Positions 39,701 through 51,562 of a DNA stretch of 64,000 bases are shown here, piece by piece. Positions within the stretch are counted from its first letter, which is position 1; each line of letters begins with the position of its first letter. Position numbers and translations under genes: made by a program. A model generated the notes under the pieces. That model was not told the DNA's origin, did no database searches, and saw nothing but the letters and a program-made list of their open reading frames with translations. This DNA comes from Mytilus edulis (taxonomy: Eukaryota), in NCBI RefSeq assembly GCF_963676685.1, contig NC_092353.1, positions 26,846,001 through 26,910,000 on the forward strand, written 5' to 3'.

Positions 39701-42700
39701 TTCCTAAAACATAAGTCATTTAAGCTATATATCATATATGACAAGTCGCTACATACGAGTTTGCTTGAAAATATCATAATCAAAATGCGACCAAGACTTT
39801 GATAAATTTAATTTTGACAGAAAAACTTAAAAATAATTCCACTTGTTTGGTTTGTTGGTGTTACACTTGTTTAATATATGAAAAAAAATGAATACACAAA
39901 ACGAAGAACTTGAAAAGCTATATAAGCGATTTTTTAATGAATACGAAAAGACGTTAAATGGAGAATATGTCTAGGAAATAACTTTGTGAATTATGAAGTA
40001 AAGAAATGTGTATGCAAATGTTTATTTTTTCCATCCCTGATTTAAATTTTTTCGATATATCTTATAGAATGTTTTAAATATTTTATGTTAAAATATTTGA
40101 CACGTCCATGGAACTATTTTCTCCATTTGAATTTGAATTCGATCATTATTTGGTACAATTTAGTCTTGTCTCTCATCCGTCAAAATGTCAGTATTTTGTT
40201 GAAGGATGTTCCTGTGGGTCTCAACCAAGACGTTTAAGTCTTTAGTACTTGCACGATTTATTACCTGTTAATCGTGTATATATCATCAATACAGTGGTCA
40301 GTTTGTTACAACTGAATCTTGGGTGTCAGCCATCCAGTAGCTAAACTCATCATAGATCAAATTGGAAACGACTCATCAGCTAGTTCCGAATCACAAAAGT
40401 AAAAATAAATGTCAAATATGTCAATTTAAGACTATTGAACAGCGGAATAATATTGCCTTTATTTACGAGTTGAAGAGAGTTAAGGACCCAACAACATTTT
40501 AAGGATCGTGCCCTTATCTGTCCAATTTTACTTACTGTTAACGCAAAACACAGTGGTCTAATTGCTGTTGGCCCTAAGGATCTTGAAGATAAAGACATCA
40601 TTGGTTTATCCAATGCATCGATTATCTTCTGCTGTGGAGTATGATTTCCAAGATTGAAACAAGCTGTTTTGTATATATGAATACAAGTTTCTGCATTTGT
40701 TTTCTGTTCTAAAATATCAAATGTAATTTAGTATTAGCGTTAACATTCATTTTAGTTAATCATTAATTGTGTAAAGGTGTTTCTGTCTTGGAGCAAGTTT
40801 CCATGCAATGTGATTTTCATTTTATCTGTTTTAAAGCAGTAAAATAAATTATGGCATATTTGAAGTAAGAACTCAATTTTTGAACAAAATATGTTCATAA
40901 ATTCTACACTAATGCTTAACTAGTTGTATAGAGTTTGTGAACTGTCTATTTATTTCTCGAATTAACAACTGTCTTATGAAGACGATGCAACAGAAGGCAT
41001 TTATTCTTGCAATCACAATGTTCACATCCTTCTGCTATATATCATTGCGGCAAATACAATAGAATCGGTATTCCAGATTGACTTCAAAACAAATGTATTT
41101 GGTTTCATGTATAACTTATTTTGATCTGTGAAACCAGTTGTATCTACATTACCGGTATCTGGTATGAAGTAAAAAAAGGGGCGAAAGATACCAGAGTGAC
41201 AGTCAAACTCATAGATCGAAAATAAACTGTCAACGCCAAAAGAAAAAAAGACAAACAAACAAATAATAGAACACAATACACAACATATAAAACTAAAGAC
41301 AAAGCAACATGAACTCCACCAAAAAATGGTGGTGATCTCAGGTGCTCCGGAAGCGTAAACATTGCTCCACATGTAGCACCCGTCGTGTTGCCCAAGTTAT
41401 TACAAGTGATAATGTTCCGGGGGATATTTATCTCTTTTGCAATCATATCACATCTCCTTATTTACAAACATACAAGTAGTATACGTTTTAAGCATTTTAA
41501 ACATTAGAATAGGAAACAGGAGCAAATTAATACTCTGTATAAATCCATTGTCTTCGATAGTAAACCAATTTTGATCTTAACAGATCTTAAAAAACTGAAC
41601 AATAAATTATTTAGTCATTTTTGGTCTTTCAGTCCATTCAAAAATTGATCCATTGCAGTTCATGCAGTACTGTTCAGACAATTCGCTTAAAGTCAATTAC
41701 GATCTGTTCAGTTGATGTTCCGAATATTCGCTCAGTTTAAAGAAAAACAACAAAAATATCACACTTCAAGGAAAATTCAAAACGGAAAGTCCCTTAATAG
41801 TTGACAAAATCAAAAGATCAACCAAATCAAACACATCAAACGAATAGAATTTAACTGTATATATCAACAACATACTGCATTTTCTGGAAAGCTAATGGAC
41901 AGTAATGGATTGGCATTTATTGGTATCATAAAAGAGTGAAAGAATAAATTGCTTCATTAAATGAACCTATCCATGTTCATCAATGACTCAAGTGTTTCAT
42001 TAAATAAATAATTATGTAAAAAATAATGTAGTTTTTCTACAATTGTACAGACCATAACAACACAATATGTCAGTATATGTTTTTAATGTTGTACATGTAG
42101 GTTGCGTCAATAATAGTCTATTCTATTAAGTTTATATTGGAGGAGGGGGGCTTATGTAATATAAGCAATGACACTAATGTTCAAGTCATTATTATATTTT
42201 GATAAATGATATGAGCAAATAAGCCCTTATACGGATAAATCAGCATGTGCAATACTGAAAATGTTCCACTGTCGATATAAATCAACATTTAATATTGCTC
42301 TTCGAACAGGGCCAATACGGAAAAAACAGGGCCATTACAGAAAAAAGCGGGAAAAAAGCCGTATTTGCCCTAGGGCTAAGGTAGCACTCCACAGTTAGGT
42401 GTGTAGTTTCGCATTTTGGCCCCTGTGGATTTTTCAAATATGAGAGCTAGTGTGCAATAAAAGTCATTGTTGGATAGCTGAGTATTAAAATAGCCTTTGT
42501 ATTGGGTTTATATGAACATCAAGATTATGTAATGTATGTAATATAGGCTGTTTTCTGTATGACAGTCCGTATTTGCATGTCCCTACCGTACATTGGTCCG
42601 GCAATTATTGTAATGTTTTTTTTCGAACTTTTTATCGCACGAACTTTGTGATTGGATTTTACGAGAAAATGAGGCGAAAGACACCCATTTTTTATTTGAT

Positions 42701-45700
42701 CATAAGAAGATTTATGAAAACAGTTTCTAAAAAGGTATCACTGAAAGGCATTGAAATTCTAGTTTGATCCAAATTTTGGGGGGATATGTGACATGTCCAA
42801 CCCCCTTTTTGCAATATTTTATGGTAAATAAATGTAGAATGTTGCCATGGATACACATAAAAGAAATTAATTTTCACTCTTTTAACTTTTGAAAATCAAA
42901 TCTATGGAATATACTGATTACATACATATGCACATGTACAACACAAACAGTTAGGTTAATGTATTAGAAATCCAGGAATAGGAGATGATAAAACATTTTG
43001 TGGCTCATTTTTAATTTTATTTTCTAACTGTGGAGTGCTACCTAATACAGGACGTTCACTTCCGGTTTTCAATTTTCTTACGCCATTACTTAACTTTGGA
43101 AGTATCGTTATGCATGAAAACATTTGTATAATATTTCTAAAATAAAATCATAAAATAAACAGGTTAAATGGTGTGCAATGTTTTGTAACGTATTAAAGTT
43201 TTGAAACGGAAAAAACAGGGCCAATACATAAAAAAAGCGGGGGAAAGCCGTATTGACCCATTGACCTAATACGGGACGTTCACTTCCGGTTTTTAATTTT
43301 CTTATAATCATTTAATAAAAGTGTTATGAACTGGCTGTTTCTGTATTGGCACTGGTATAGATTCTCGGTCGGCTGTATTGGCCCTCGACCCTACGGGTCT
43401 CGAGGCCAATACAGCAAACCTTGAATCTATACCTGTGCCAATAAAGAAACAGCCAGATAATAACACTATATTATTCTTCTAATATAAAAAAAAAACAACG
43501 CATTTACGTATTGTATAAGATGAAGAAATAGAAAATAAAGAATTTTAAAAATAAAAGTGTTTTATAATAATGAACAAATCATGCAAACGTCATTTCTATT
43601 TAGAACCCTTGCTTCAAAAGCTTTCTTGTAAGTAGCAATCATAATGTCGTACGAAAAAACATATGAATATATGACGATATTTCTATCATAATAACCATAT
43701 ACTATCATAAGAACCCTTATTTCAAAACGTCGAAGTCAAAGAAGTCAGACCTGGTAAGAACCACAAGCCCTGGAATGTGGATTCAGCTTGGAAACATGTA
43801 CAACATTTGCGGCCTGCTGATTTATTCTGGTATAACATTGGTTACAGACAAAGAAAAGGTTGTATAGCCAATTTCAATCAACTGAAATGACCGTATAATT
43901 TGTACTTGATTTGCCTTGATAATACCCGATAAAACTAGATCTGAATTAAATCTAGATTTCGAACAGTCTAAATTGAACTGACATTTACTTTTTCAAAACA
44001 TGTCCCAATTATTACGGTGTAGGTATTATTTTGTCTCGATTGTGTATCAACAACGGATCCATTTGGGCTTACAAAATGTAAATAGTTGTGACAACGATAA
44101 CATATGAAATACGTATCAATAATTATCAAAGGTACCAGGATTGTAATTTAGTACGCCAGACGCGCGTTTCGTCTACATAAGACTCATCACTGACGCTCAT
44201 ATCAAAATATGTATATAGCCAAACATGTACAAAGTTGAAGAGCATTGAGGATTCAAAATTCCAAAAAGTTGTGCCAAATACGGCTAAGGTAATATATGCC
44301 TGGGATAAGAAAATCCTTAGTTTTTTTTCTCGAAAAATTGAATGTTTTGTAAACAGGAAATTTATAAAAATGACCACATTATTGATATTCATGTCAACAC
44401 CGAAATGTTGACTACTGGGCTGGTGATACCCTCGGGGACGAAACGTCCACCAGCAGTGGCATCGACCCAGTGGTGTAAATAGTTGTCAAAGGTACCAGGA
44501 TTGTAATTTAGTAAGCCAGACGCGCGTTTCGTCTACATAAGACTCATCAGTGACGCTCATATCAAAATATGTACAAAGCCAAACATGTACAAAGTTGAAG
44601 AGCATTGAGGATCCAAAAATCCAAAAAGTTCTGCAATATACGGCTAAGGTAATCTATGCCTTGGATAAGAAAATCCTTAGTTTTTCGAAAAATTGAAAGT
44701 TTTGTAAACAGGAAATTTATAAAAATGACCACATTATTGATATTCATGTCAACACCGAAATGTTGACTACTGGGCTGGTGATACCCTCGGGGACGAAACG
44801 TCCACCAGCAGTGGCATCGACCCAGTGGTGTAAATAGTGATCAAAGGTACCAGGATTGTAATTTAGTACGCAAGACGCGCGTTTCGTCTACATAAGACTC
44901 ATCAGTGACGCTCATATCAAAATATGTATAAAGCCAAACATGTACAAAGTTGAAGAGCATTGAGGATCCAAAATTCCAAAAAGTTTTGCCAAATACAGCT
45001 AAGGTGATCTATGCCTGGGCTAAGAAAATCCTTAGTTTTTCGAAAAATTGTCGACCCAATGGTGTAAATAGTTACCAAAGGGACCAGGATTGTAAATTAC
45101 AACGCCAGACGCACGTTTTTTCTACATAAGACTCATCAGTGCCGCTCATATCAAAATATGTATAAAGCCAAACATGTACAAAGTTGAAGAGCATTGAGGA
45201 TCCAAAATTCCAAAAAGTTGTGCCAAATACGGCTCAGGTAATCTTTGACTGGGATAAGAAAATCCTTAGTTTTTCAAAAAATTGAAGTTTTGTAAACAGG
45301 AAATTCATAAAAATGACCACTTTATTGATATTCATGTCAACACCGAAATGTTGACTACTGGGCTGGTGATACCCTCGGGGACGAAACGTCCACCAGCAGT
45401 GGCATCGACCCAGTAGTGTAAATAGTTATCAAAGGTACCAGGATTGTAATTGAGTAAGCCAGACGCGCGTTTCGTCTACATAAGACTCATCAGTGACGCT
45501 CATATCAAAATATGTATACAGCCAAACATGTACAAAGTTGAAGAGCATTAAGGATCCAAAATTCCAAAAAGTTGTGCCAAATACGGCTAAGGTAATCTAT
45601 GCCTGGGATAAGAAAATCTTTAGTTTTTCAAAAAATTGAAAGTTTTGTAAACAGGAAATTTATAAAAATGACCACATTATTGATATTCATGTCAACACCG

Positions 45701-48295
45701 ATATGTTGACTACTGGGCTGGTGATACCCTTAGAGGACAAAAAGTACACCAGCTGTGACATCGCCCCATTGGTGTAAATAGTTATCAAAGTTACCAGGAT
45801 TGTAATTCAGTACGCCAGACGCGTGTTAACTGATAACGAAAATTAGTCAGTGGAACTTTATCATTCTCCATTAAATTTTCCGTACATATCATTTAAATCA
45901 TAATAAGAAAAATGTAAACCATATATATAAATATATACTACGGGTGCGAAACCAAAAATTAGTGGAAGGGTGGGTGGTTAAAAATAAAACAAGCAGATGT
46001 CGAAGAAAACAGGAACATCACGCTTAAAAGAAAACAACGACTTAACGACGCACGACAGTCCTCAAAATACATAACAAATAAAAAAAAACCAAGTGCTGAG
46101 GCGAACTCATGTGCTGTGAAAAGGTGTGCATTTCCTTTTCCATGATTTAACAACCGCGGAAAAAGGACACCATGGGGCTATGACTTCGACTTAGAACATG
46201 TTTGTGGTTATATGTGACGTAGATACCCCATAACGGAATTCAAATCATGGTGGCAATCGTAACACGTTCACCATAATAGTAAAACAAAGAATATTGGGTA
46301 TCCGTCTATGACACAAAATTAGTACATGCACAGCACAAAACGCTTGCATACTGTTTTTCGTGTCGGTGCTTTTAAAAATTTTGAGGCGAGCCATATTGAT
46401 TTAGTGAATATCACATACATGTAAGTCGACACTGATTGCGATTTTTTAAGAGCTCAAGCCTTAAACTAGAGGCTCTTAAGAGCCTGTGTCGCTCACCTTG
46501 GTCTATGTGCATATTAAACAAAGGACACAGATGGATTCATGACAAAATTGTGTTTTGGTGATGGTGATGCGTTTGTAGATCTTACTTTACCGAACATTCT
46601 TGCTACTTACAATTTTCTCTATCTATAATGAACTCGGCCCTTTAGTTACAAATTGACAATAAAGGGCAATAGGTCCTTAAGGGGTCAACTGACCATTTTG
46701 GTCATGTAGATTTATTTGTAGATCTTACTTTGCTGAACATTATTGCTGTTTACAGTTTATCTCTTTCTATAATAGTGTTCAAGATAAAAACCAAAAACGG
46801 CAAAATTTCCTTAAAAATTACCAATTAGGGGACAGCAACCCAACAACCAGTTGTCCGATTCATCTAAAATTTCAGGGCAGATAGATATTGACTTGATAAA
46901 CAATTTAACCCCTTGTCAGATTTGCTCTGAATGCTTTGGTTTCAAGAGTTATAAGTAAAAATCTACATTTTACCCCTATCTTCTATTTTTAGCAATGGCG
47001 GCCATCTTGGTTTGTTGACTAGGTCAACGCACACAATTTTTTAAAACTAGATACCCTTATAATGATTTAGGACAAGTTTGGTTCAATTTGGCCTAGCAGT
47101 TTCAGAGGAGAAGATTTTTGTAGAAGATTACAAAAATTTACGAAAAAATGGTAAAAAATGACTATAAAGGACAATTACTCCTTCAGGGGTCAACTGACTA
47201 TTTTGGTCATGTTGACTTATTTTGCTAAACATTATTTCTGTTGACAGTTTATCTCTATCTATACATGTAATAATATTCAAGATAATAACTTAAAACAGCA
47301 AAATTTCCTTAAAATTACCAATTCAGGGGCAGCAACCCAACAACCGGTTGTTCGATTCATCTGAAAATTTCAGGACAGATAGATCTTGACTTGGTTAACA
47401 ATTGTATTCCCGTCAGATTTGCTCTTAATGCTTTGGTTTCAGAGTTATAATACAAAATCTACATGTTATCCCTATGTTCTATTTTTAGCCATTGCGGCCA
47501 TCTTCGTTGGTTGGCCGGGTCACCGGACACATTTTTTAAACTCGATACCCTAATGATATTTGTGGCCAAGTTTGGTTAAATTTGGCCCAGTAGTTTCAGA
47601 GGAGAAGATTTTTGTAAAAGTTGACGACGACGACAGACGACGGGTGCCAATTGATGAGAAAAGCTCACTTGGCCCTATGGGCCAGGTGAGCTAATAAAAG
47701 TGGGAAAACGAGTAGAAACATCCAGAGCATACATTCAGTTATGTTGGTCGTATTTAAGAAACTATATGAATTTGGTATTTAAGTTTCAAAATAATAACTT
47801 TTATAAACAATAGTATGTGTGATCTGTCGTTATTTTTTTCAGGTCATGTTACTGTCTTTTTCCTGTTTAATAAAATTTTATTTTCCCTTAGTCGCTTCTG
47901 CCTACTTATCCTTTTGATAAGCTTAAAATTTAAGCATTTTCACCAATGTATAAGACTGTTTGGATCCTCATTAATTTATTATTCAAATAATGAACAGAAC
48001 CTTCATCTGTTAGTTGCTGAACATCAAATGGACAACTTTCCTATCCTATTGTTTAAAAACTGATACAATTGAATACTTTTAGGCCATGTTTATTCCTTAC
48101 GGACAGAAAATACTAATATTATATATTACCTTTTTTGGGGGGTACTATATCCAAATCTGTATCAAAATCTGATGAAATTTCCTCGGGATATATGACCTTT
48201 TTACACTCCTCATCTTTATCCTCAGAGTTTTGACTTGATACATCTTTAGATGTTTCGTCAATTTTGAAAGTTACCGTACTTTTTTTGTCATTCAT
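30301..48295 (-). CDS. LRRC74: Leucine-rich repeat-containing protein 74-like (RNI-like LRRs, EF-hand-like region, basic tail); 13 exons, ~602 aa
   Basis: Exons (minus) 48295-48130, 40708-40536, 39703-39596, 39026-38933, 38312-38263, 37353-37272, 36715-36630, 35485-35291, 34760-34668, 32924-32807, 32014-31878, 31048-30969, 30727-30301 sum to 1809 nt with consistent phases and one terminal stop. The protein has SDFDTDLD, IYKTAC...SLGPTAIRPLCFAL and LxxLxLSWNxI/L repeats typical of LRRC74A/B. The A/B paralogue cannot be resolved by eye. Confidence 0.88.
30969..31048 (-). CDS. LRRC74-like exon 12
   Basis: TAG/GTATAT; 80 nt; KCGVHLFEFEMDALADSIAVHGNINY. Confidence 0.85.
31878..32014 (-). CDS. LRRC74-like exon 11
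   Basis: CAG/GTATGT; 137 nt; AMQRLLAYMKRLGIRPVELLRGFDKNVQFDITKDEFIKRLK (EF-hand-like). Confidence 0.88.
32807..32924 (-). CDS. LRRC74-like exon 10
   Basis: TAG/GTAGGT; 118 nt; DIPVLSETT...FTHGDVVHTPDVLGQRF. Confidence 0.84.
33151..33330. mobile_element. 180-bp palindromic MITE
   Basis: AATTCGCCGTTTCAGAATCTAATGCATCCTGGGTAAT ... ATTACCCATGATGCTTTAGATTCTGAAACGGCCAATT. Confidence 0.8.
33467..33904. mobile_element. Tandem dimer of a TIR-bearing MITE
   Basis: Units 33467-33696 and 33699-33904, each bounded by TAGAGCATTT(G)CATTA ... TAATG(C/G)AAATGCTCT. Confidence 0.8.
34668..34760 (-). CDS. LRRC74-like exon 9
   Basis: TTTTTAG/GTGAAT; 93 nt; IGNNPITTTGAMDLVEAAETKTSALKSLDLT. Confidence 0.9.
35291..35485 (-). 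CDS. LRRC74-like exon 8
   Basis: TAG/GTACG; 195 nt; VNTCLKSIDLSWNGLGYEG...LQVLN; overlaps ORF 35243..35473. Confidence 0.92.
36025..36126. repeat. Tandem repeat, 2 x 51 bp
   Basis: CCAATATGGAAAGATTGGATTGCCTCGAATAGGAATAATAGTGGAG occurs twice. Confidence 0.9.
36630..36715 (-). CDS. LRRC74-like exon 7
   Basis: TAG/GTAAG; 86 nt; ENKKLEKLNLSWNEIRGKGAVAIFKGIM. Confidence 0.9.
37272..37353 (-). CDS. LRRC74-like exon 6
   Basis: CAG/GTAAGT; 82 nt; KNDRICNIDLSKNGFCSRSGNVLGSAI. Confidence 0.86.
37703..38015 (+). repeat. Interspersed repeat (AAATTGAGAATGGAAATGG... family)
   Basis: Partial inverted copy at ~38432-38517. Confidence 0.65.
38263..38312 (-). CDS. LRRC74-like exon 5
   Basis: TAG/GTAAGT; 50 nt; NKFDFEAALSLSRAIA. 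Confidence 0.84.
38933..39026 (-). CDS. LRRC74-like exon 4
   Basis: CAG/GT; 94 nt; NVSKNGLGTIAAKYLSIALMQSQFLQQLNLS. Confidence 0.86.
39596..39703 (-). CDS. LRRC74-like exon 3
   Basis: TAG/GTAAG; 108 nt; ENMKIETLNLDAVDLQDEGCKYVSEMLLENSSICRL. Confidence 0.88.
40536..40708 (-). CDS. LRRC74-like exon 2
   Basis: TAG/GTAAG; 173 nt; IYKTACFNLG...LGPTAIRPLCFALT. Confidence 0.88.
42380..43042. mobile_element. PIF/Harbinger-like (or Zator-like) MITE with TAA TSD
   Basis: Perfect 19-bp TIR GGTAGCACTCCACAGTTAG; TAA at 42377-42379 and 43043-43045. It splits a host unit that is intact at ~43207-43300. Confidence 0.85.
43320..43467. repeat. ~148-bp imperfect palindrome (hairpin-type element end)
   Basis: AGTGTTAT..CTGGCTGTTTCT.TATTGGCAC.GGTATAGATTC...GAATCTATACC.GTGCCAATA.AGAAACAGCCAG..ATAACACT. 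Confidence 0.85.
44118..45824 (+). repeat. Tandem array of ~355-bp units (satellite-like, probably Helentron-associated)
   Basis: Unit starts at 44126, 44486, 44841, 45075, 45429, 45785. Dispersed copies at ~8705-8890, ~9735-9950, 12918-13517, ~32950-33140 and ~49620-49990. Confidence 0.92.
46465..47693. mobile_element. Helentron-associated (HINE-like) non-autonomous element with internal ~505-bp tandem dimer
   Basis: Subterminal IR GCTCACCT; terminal hairpin GCTCACTTGGCCCTATGGGCCAGGTGAGC; (GAC)n microsatellite at ~47623; internal repeats at ~46651 and ~47155; A-rich flanks. Confidence 0.78.
48130..48295 (-). CDS. LRRC74-like exon 1 (MNDKKST...SSDFDTDLDIVPPKK)
   Basis: ATG at 48295 with an in-frame upstream TGA at 48313-48311; GTAATA donor; phase 1 matches exon 2. 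Confidence 0.78.
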
Positions 48296-49084
48296 TTTCT
48301 TTTTAAACGTTCAAAAATGTTTGTCGAAAAACAATTGTTGTATTCTAACTTTTCCTTAGTAACATCCATTTGTTATGTTTTAAACTCATATATTGTAGTT
48401 TTTGCGCTTGCTTTGAAATTATATTTTGTTCCATGACGATATACGTCAATCTTTATTAATATTTAACAGAAATATCATTCGGAATCGTGATGAGTTATAT
48501 CTTTTAACTTTATCATGTGCATCATCCGAATTATTTATTCATAAATTCGATAATTTGTAGTTCTTAGTTGTTATATTCTTATTCATTATTACATGTCTTT
48601 AGGGAAATATAGTTGTAACGGAAGGATTATTGTCTGACACTTACAATCTCGTAACATATTCAATTCGATTATCATGAAAATTAGATGTGGGATGTGGTAT
48701 GCAAATGAGACATATATTCACCAGCGTACAATTGAAGTGAATTTAAGAAACTATAGGTAACCAAACGGCCTTTAACAATGAGCATAATATGACAGCACTG
48801 CATTGAAAAATGCGGTTTGTTTTCATTTTAACGATTAGAAAGAGTATTCGGGAAATTTTAGACTTTAACTGATGAACTGTTCTGTAATAGATTGTCAATT
48901 AATATATTGTTTAACTAATTAATTTATATAATCATAATTATTGATTTTCAAAATGTTTCCGTCAATGTAAATCTATTTGCCTCCGAATTGGAGAAAAACC
49001 CCTTTAAAACGTTTTATAAAATTTATCTAGCACTCGATCCTTCTACTTTACAAATACAAGTTGACATATAAAATGAAGCGATAA

Positions 49085-49450
49085 ACGTATAGTATATTTA
49101 CATAGTGTAAAGATGAGCTATGCAAGAAATATTGAAAGCTTGTTTTAAATTACAACAATGCCTAACATCATCAAATCCTAGTGTCTACACTTTAATGCAT
49201 CTTTATGGTCATACAATTAAACTATTCCAATGTATGGTAGCAATGAAATATGGGGAACTCAACCACTTCAGTTGCATGTAAGAAGAAAAATGAATACATT
49301 TGACAAAAGGTTTATTCAAAAAACATATCTCAAAGATTACACAAAATAAAAGCAAGTGATTTTGCTATTATGTCTGTAATAGGAAGATTTCTTACATATA
49401 TATATTTATATGTTTTGGCTATGTTAAAATATGTTGACAGGTTAGAGAAA
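49085..49450 (+). pseudogene. Degraded LINE ORF2 C-terminal fragment
   Basis: Frameshifted LMHLYGHTIK...YGSNEIWG...KASDFAIMS.IGRF...AMLKY, resembling the non-LTR post-RT region. Confidence 0.5.
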
Positions 49451-51562
49451 ATAAAAAGTAAAATAACAAAAACAGCGTTCTCTGAGGAAAATTCAAAACG
49501 GAAAGTCCTCTATCAAATGGCAAAATCAAAAGCTCAAACATATTCAGCGAATAGACAACAACTGTCTAATTCCTCACTTGGTCTAGCGCAACTACAACAT
49601 TTCAATGCTGGAATCTCTGATAAGTTTATTTACAACCTCGATACCACTGCTGGTGGAGTTTTTATTCCCCGAGGGTATTATCAACCCAGTTGTCGTCACA
49701 TCTGTATTGATATGAATTTTTATTGATACGGTCATAATTATAAATTAATTGTTAACAAAACTTTGAATTTTTGAAATACTAAGGCTGTTTTACCTCATGA
49801 ATAGATTACCCAAGGTGTATTTGGCAAAACTTTTAGAAATTGTTGGTCCTTTATGCTCTTCAATTTCGTACTTTTTTCGTCTTTTATAAATAAAAAAAAA
49901 TATTCGAGCGCCACTGCAGAGTCTACTGTAGACGAAGCGCGCGTCTGGTGGAAATACAAAATTTCAATCCTGGTATCTATGATGAGTTTATTTTATCATA
50001 TCTACGGTTGTACTTTACCCAAAAATAATAAAAGAGAAGTTAAATCAGATAAAGTAACTTTTACAATAGAATGTGCTGTGAATTTACTTGTATCATTATT
50101 TAGCAAGAAAAGGAGTCGGGTGATCTCATTATTTCTTTTTCTTATCTGAAAGCATATTATTAGAGCTATCTTCATATTATATGGTGTATTTTTTTTATCA
50201 CACACAATTGAGTTTTTCATGCATAATCCATACAAAATCAGACAATTTTATACAACCCGAGTTGAGCTGTTTGGATCTGTTAGAGATATTTTTATTTTAA
50301 TATTTGACTGAATTGAATCTCAAGAAAAATTTCCAGATTCGAGACAAATGCAATTCCAAATTAATTTCCATCGGTTGTGCTGCTTGAGTTTTAAAAATGA
50401 ACTCTGTTAATATTTTCTGACTTCCTTTTATTTCTCAGATAAATTTTAATTTTTCTTTCCATGTTTTCTTTTCTCTTTTTAAATCTTATATGATATTTGG
50501 ATGGGAGTATCACTCTAGGAGACTTTGGTGATTGTAAAAATATTAATGTAGAAACCATGCCCTGATTATCTATATGAGAAATAAAATCTTGTATTTTTTA
50601 AGATAGTATTCCCAAATGTTCTATGCTAACACTACAGGAACCAATTCTAGAACGGTGGTTTCAGTTAAATTTCCTGTTAGTACCTAATTGCAAGGCAAAC
50701 AGACTGGCTTAATTAAGTTCATTGTAAGAAAAAAATCATTCATCAAGGAGACCATGTCTTTGAATTTTGTAACAACTAAAATAGATGTACTCCACATGTC
50801 CATCTGTTTTGTAGTAAAGTGTAGTCTAGATCTGAACGGTGCATTCCCTTTGCGCGCATTACCATTACATACGGGCTTGAAAATCATTTCTTTTGATTAC
50901 TAAAAAGTACATCTGAATGTCTATGATATAGATGCAATCAACCTTCTCACTAACCTCTGGATTATCTAAGTTTCAAATGGTGAAGTTGTAATCATCGCTT
51001 AGACATTTATACGGATGCCATTTCAAGTTTGTTGGCCGTTTTTTTTTTAAACTGTTTCAGAGATGACAAACAATATGTTCCAATTGTTGTAAACACATGC
51101 CGTCCTCTTTTCCTTAAATATGACACTTTACCGGGTTCATCTTACATTAGCATCACGACAGGTGCAACATGTGAGCAGGATCTGTTAACCCGTCCGGAGC
51201 ACCAAAGATCAACACCGGGTTTGTTTTTTTGGCAGTGGTGTTTGTGTTGTCCAGTCTTCAGTTTTCAATGTTGCGTTTTGTAACCTGTTGTTTGGACTTT
51301 TGCTCGTTTTCGTTCCATGGTATTGTCAGTTCCTTTTCGAATGATGAGTCTGATTATTCCTTTGTTATGTTTTGCCCCTTATGGATTAGTCAGAACTTCA
51401 GAAAAGTAGTAAGGAACTTTTATAAAAAGTACGGTTGTAACACCAACTTTATAACATAAGATTTTGACAATTCTAAACAAAAAAATGTGTATAAAGCATA
51501 AATATGCTTTCCTGCATATTGTAGTTTATAACAAGGTGTAAAATTTTAAAATGCTATTCTAA

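Noticed and set aside
41022-41446. 116-aa and 100-aa Cys/Phe-rich ORFs
   Set aside because: They lie in a common interspersed repeat (Penelope-like 3' end) within an intron.
44118-45824. CRISPR-like array
   Set aside because: The units are ~355-bp near-identical tandem copies with no unique spacers, in a eukaryotic context with no cas genes.
50002-50903. Short minus-strand ORFs with coding-like composition
   Set aside because: No motif or splice chain I could support; possibly a decayed TE but unassignable by eye.
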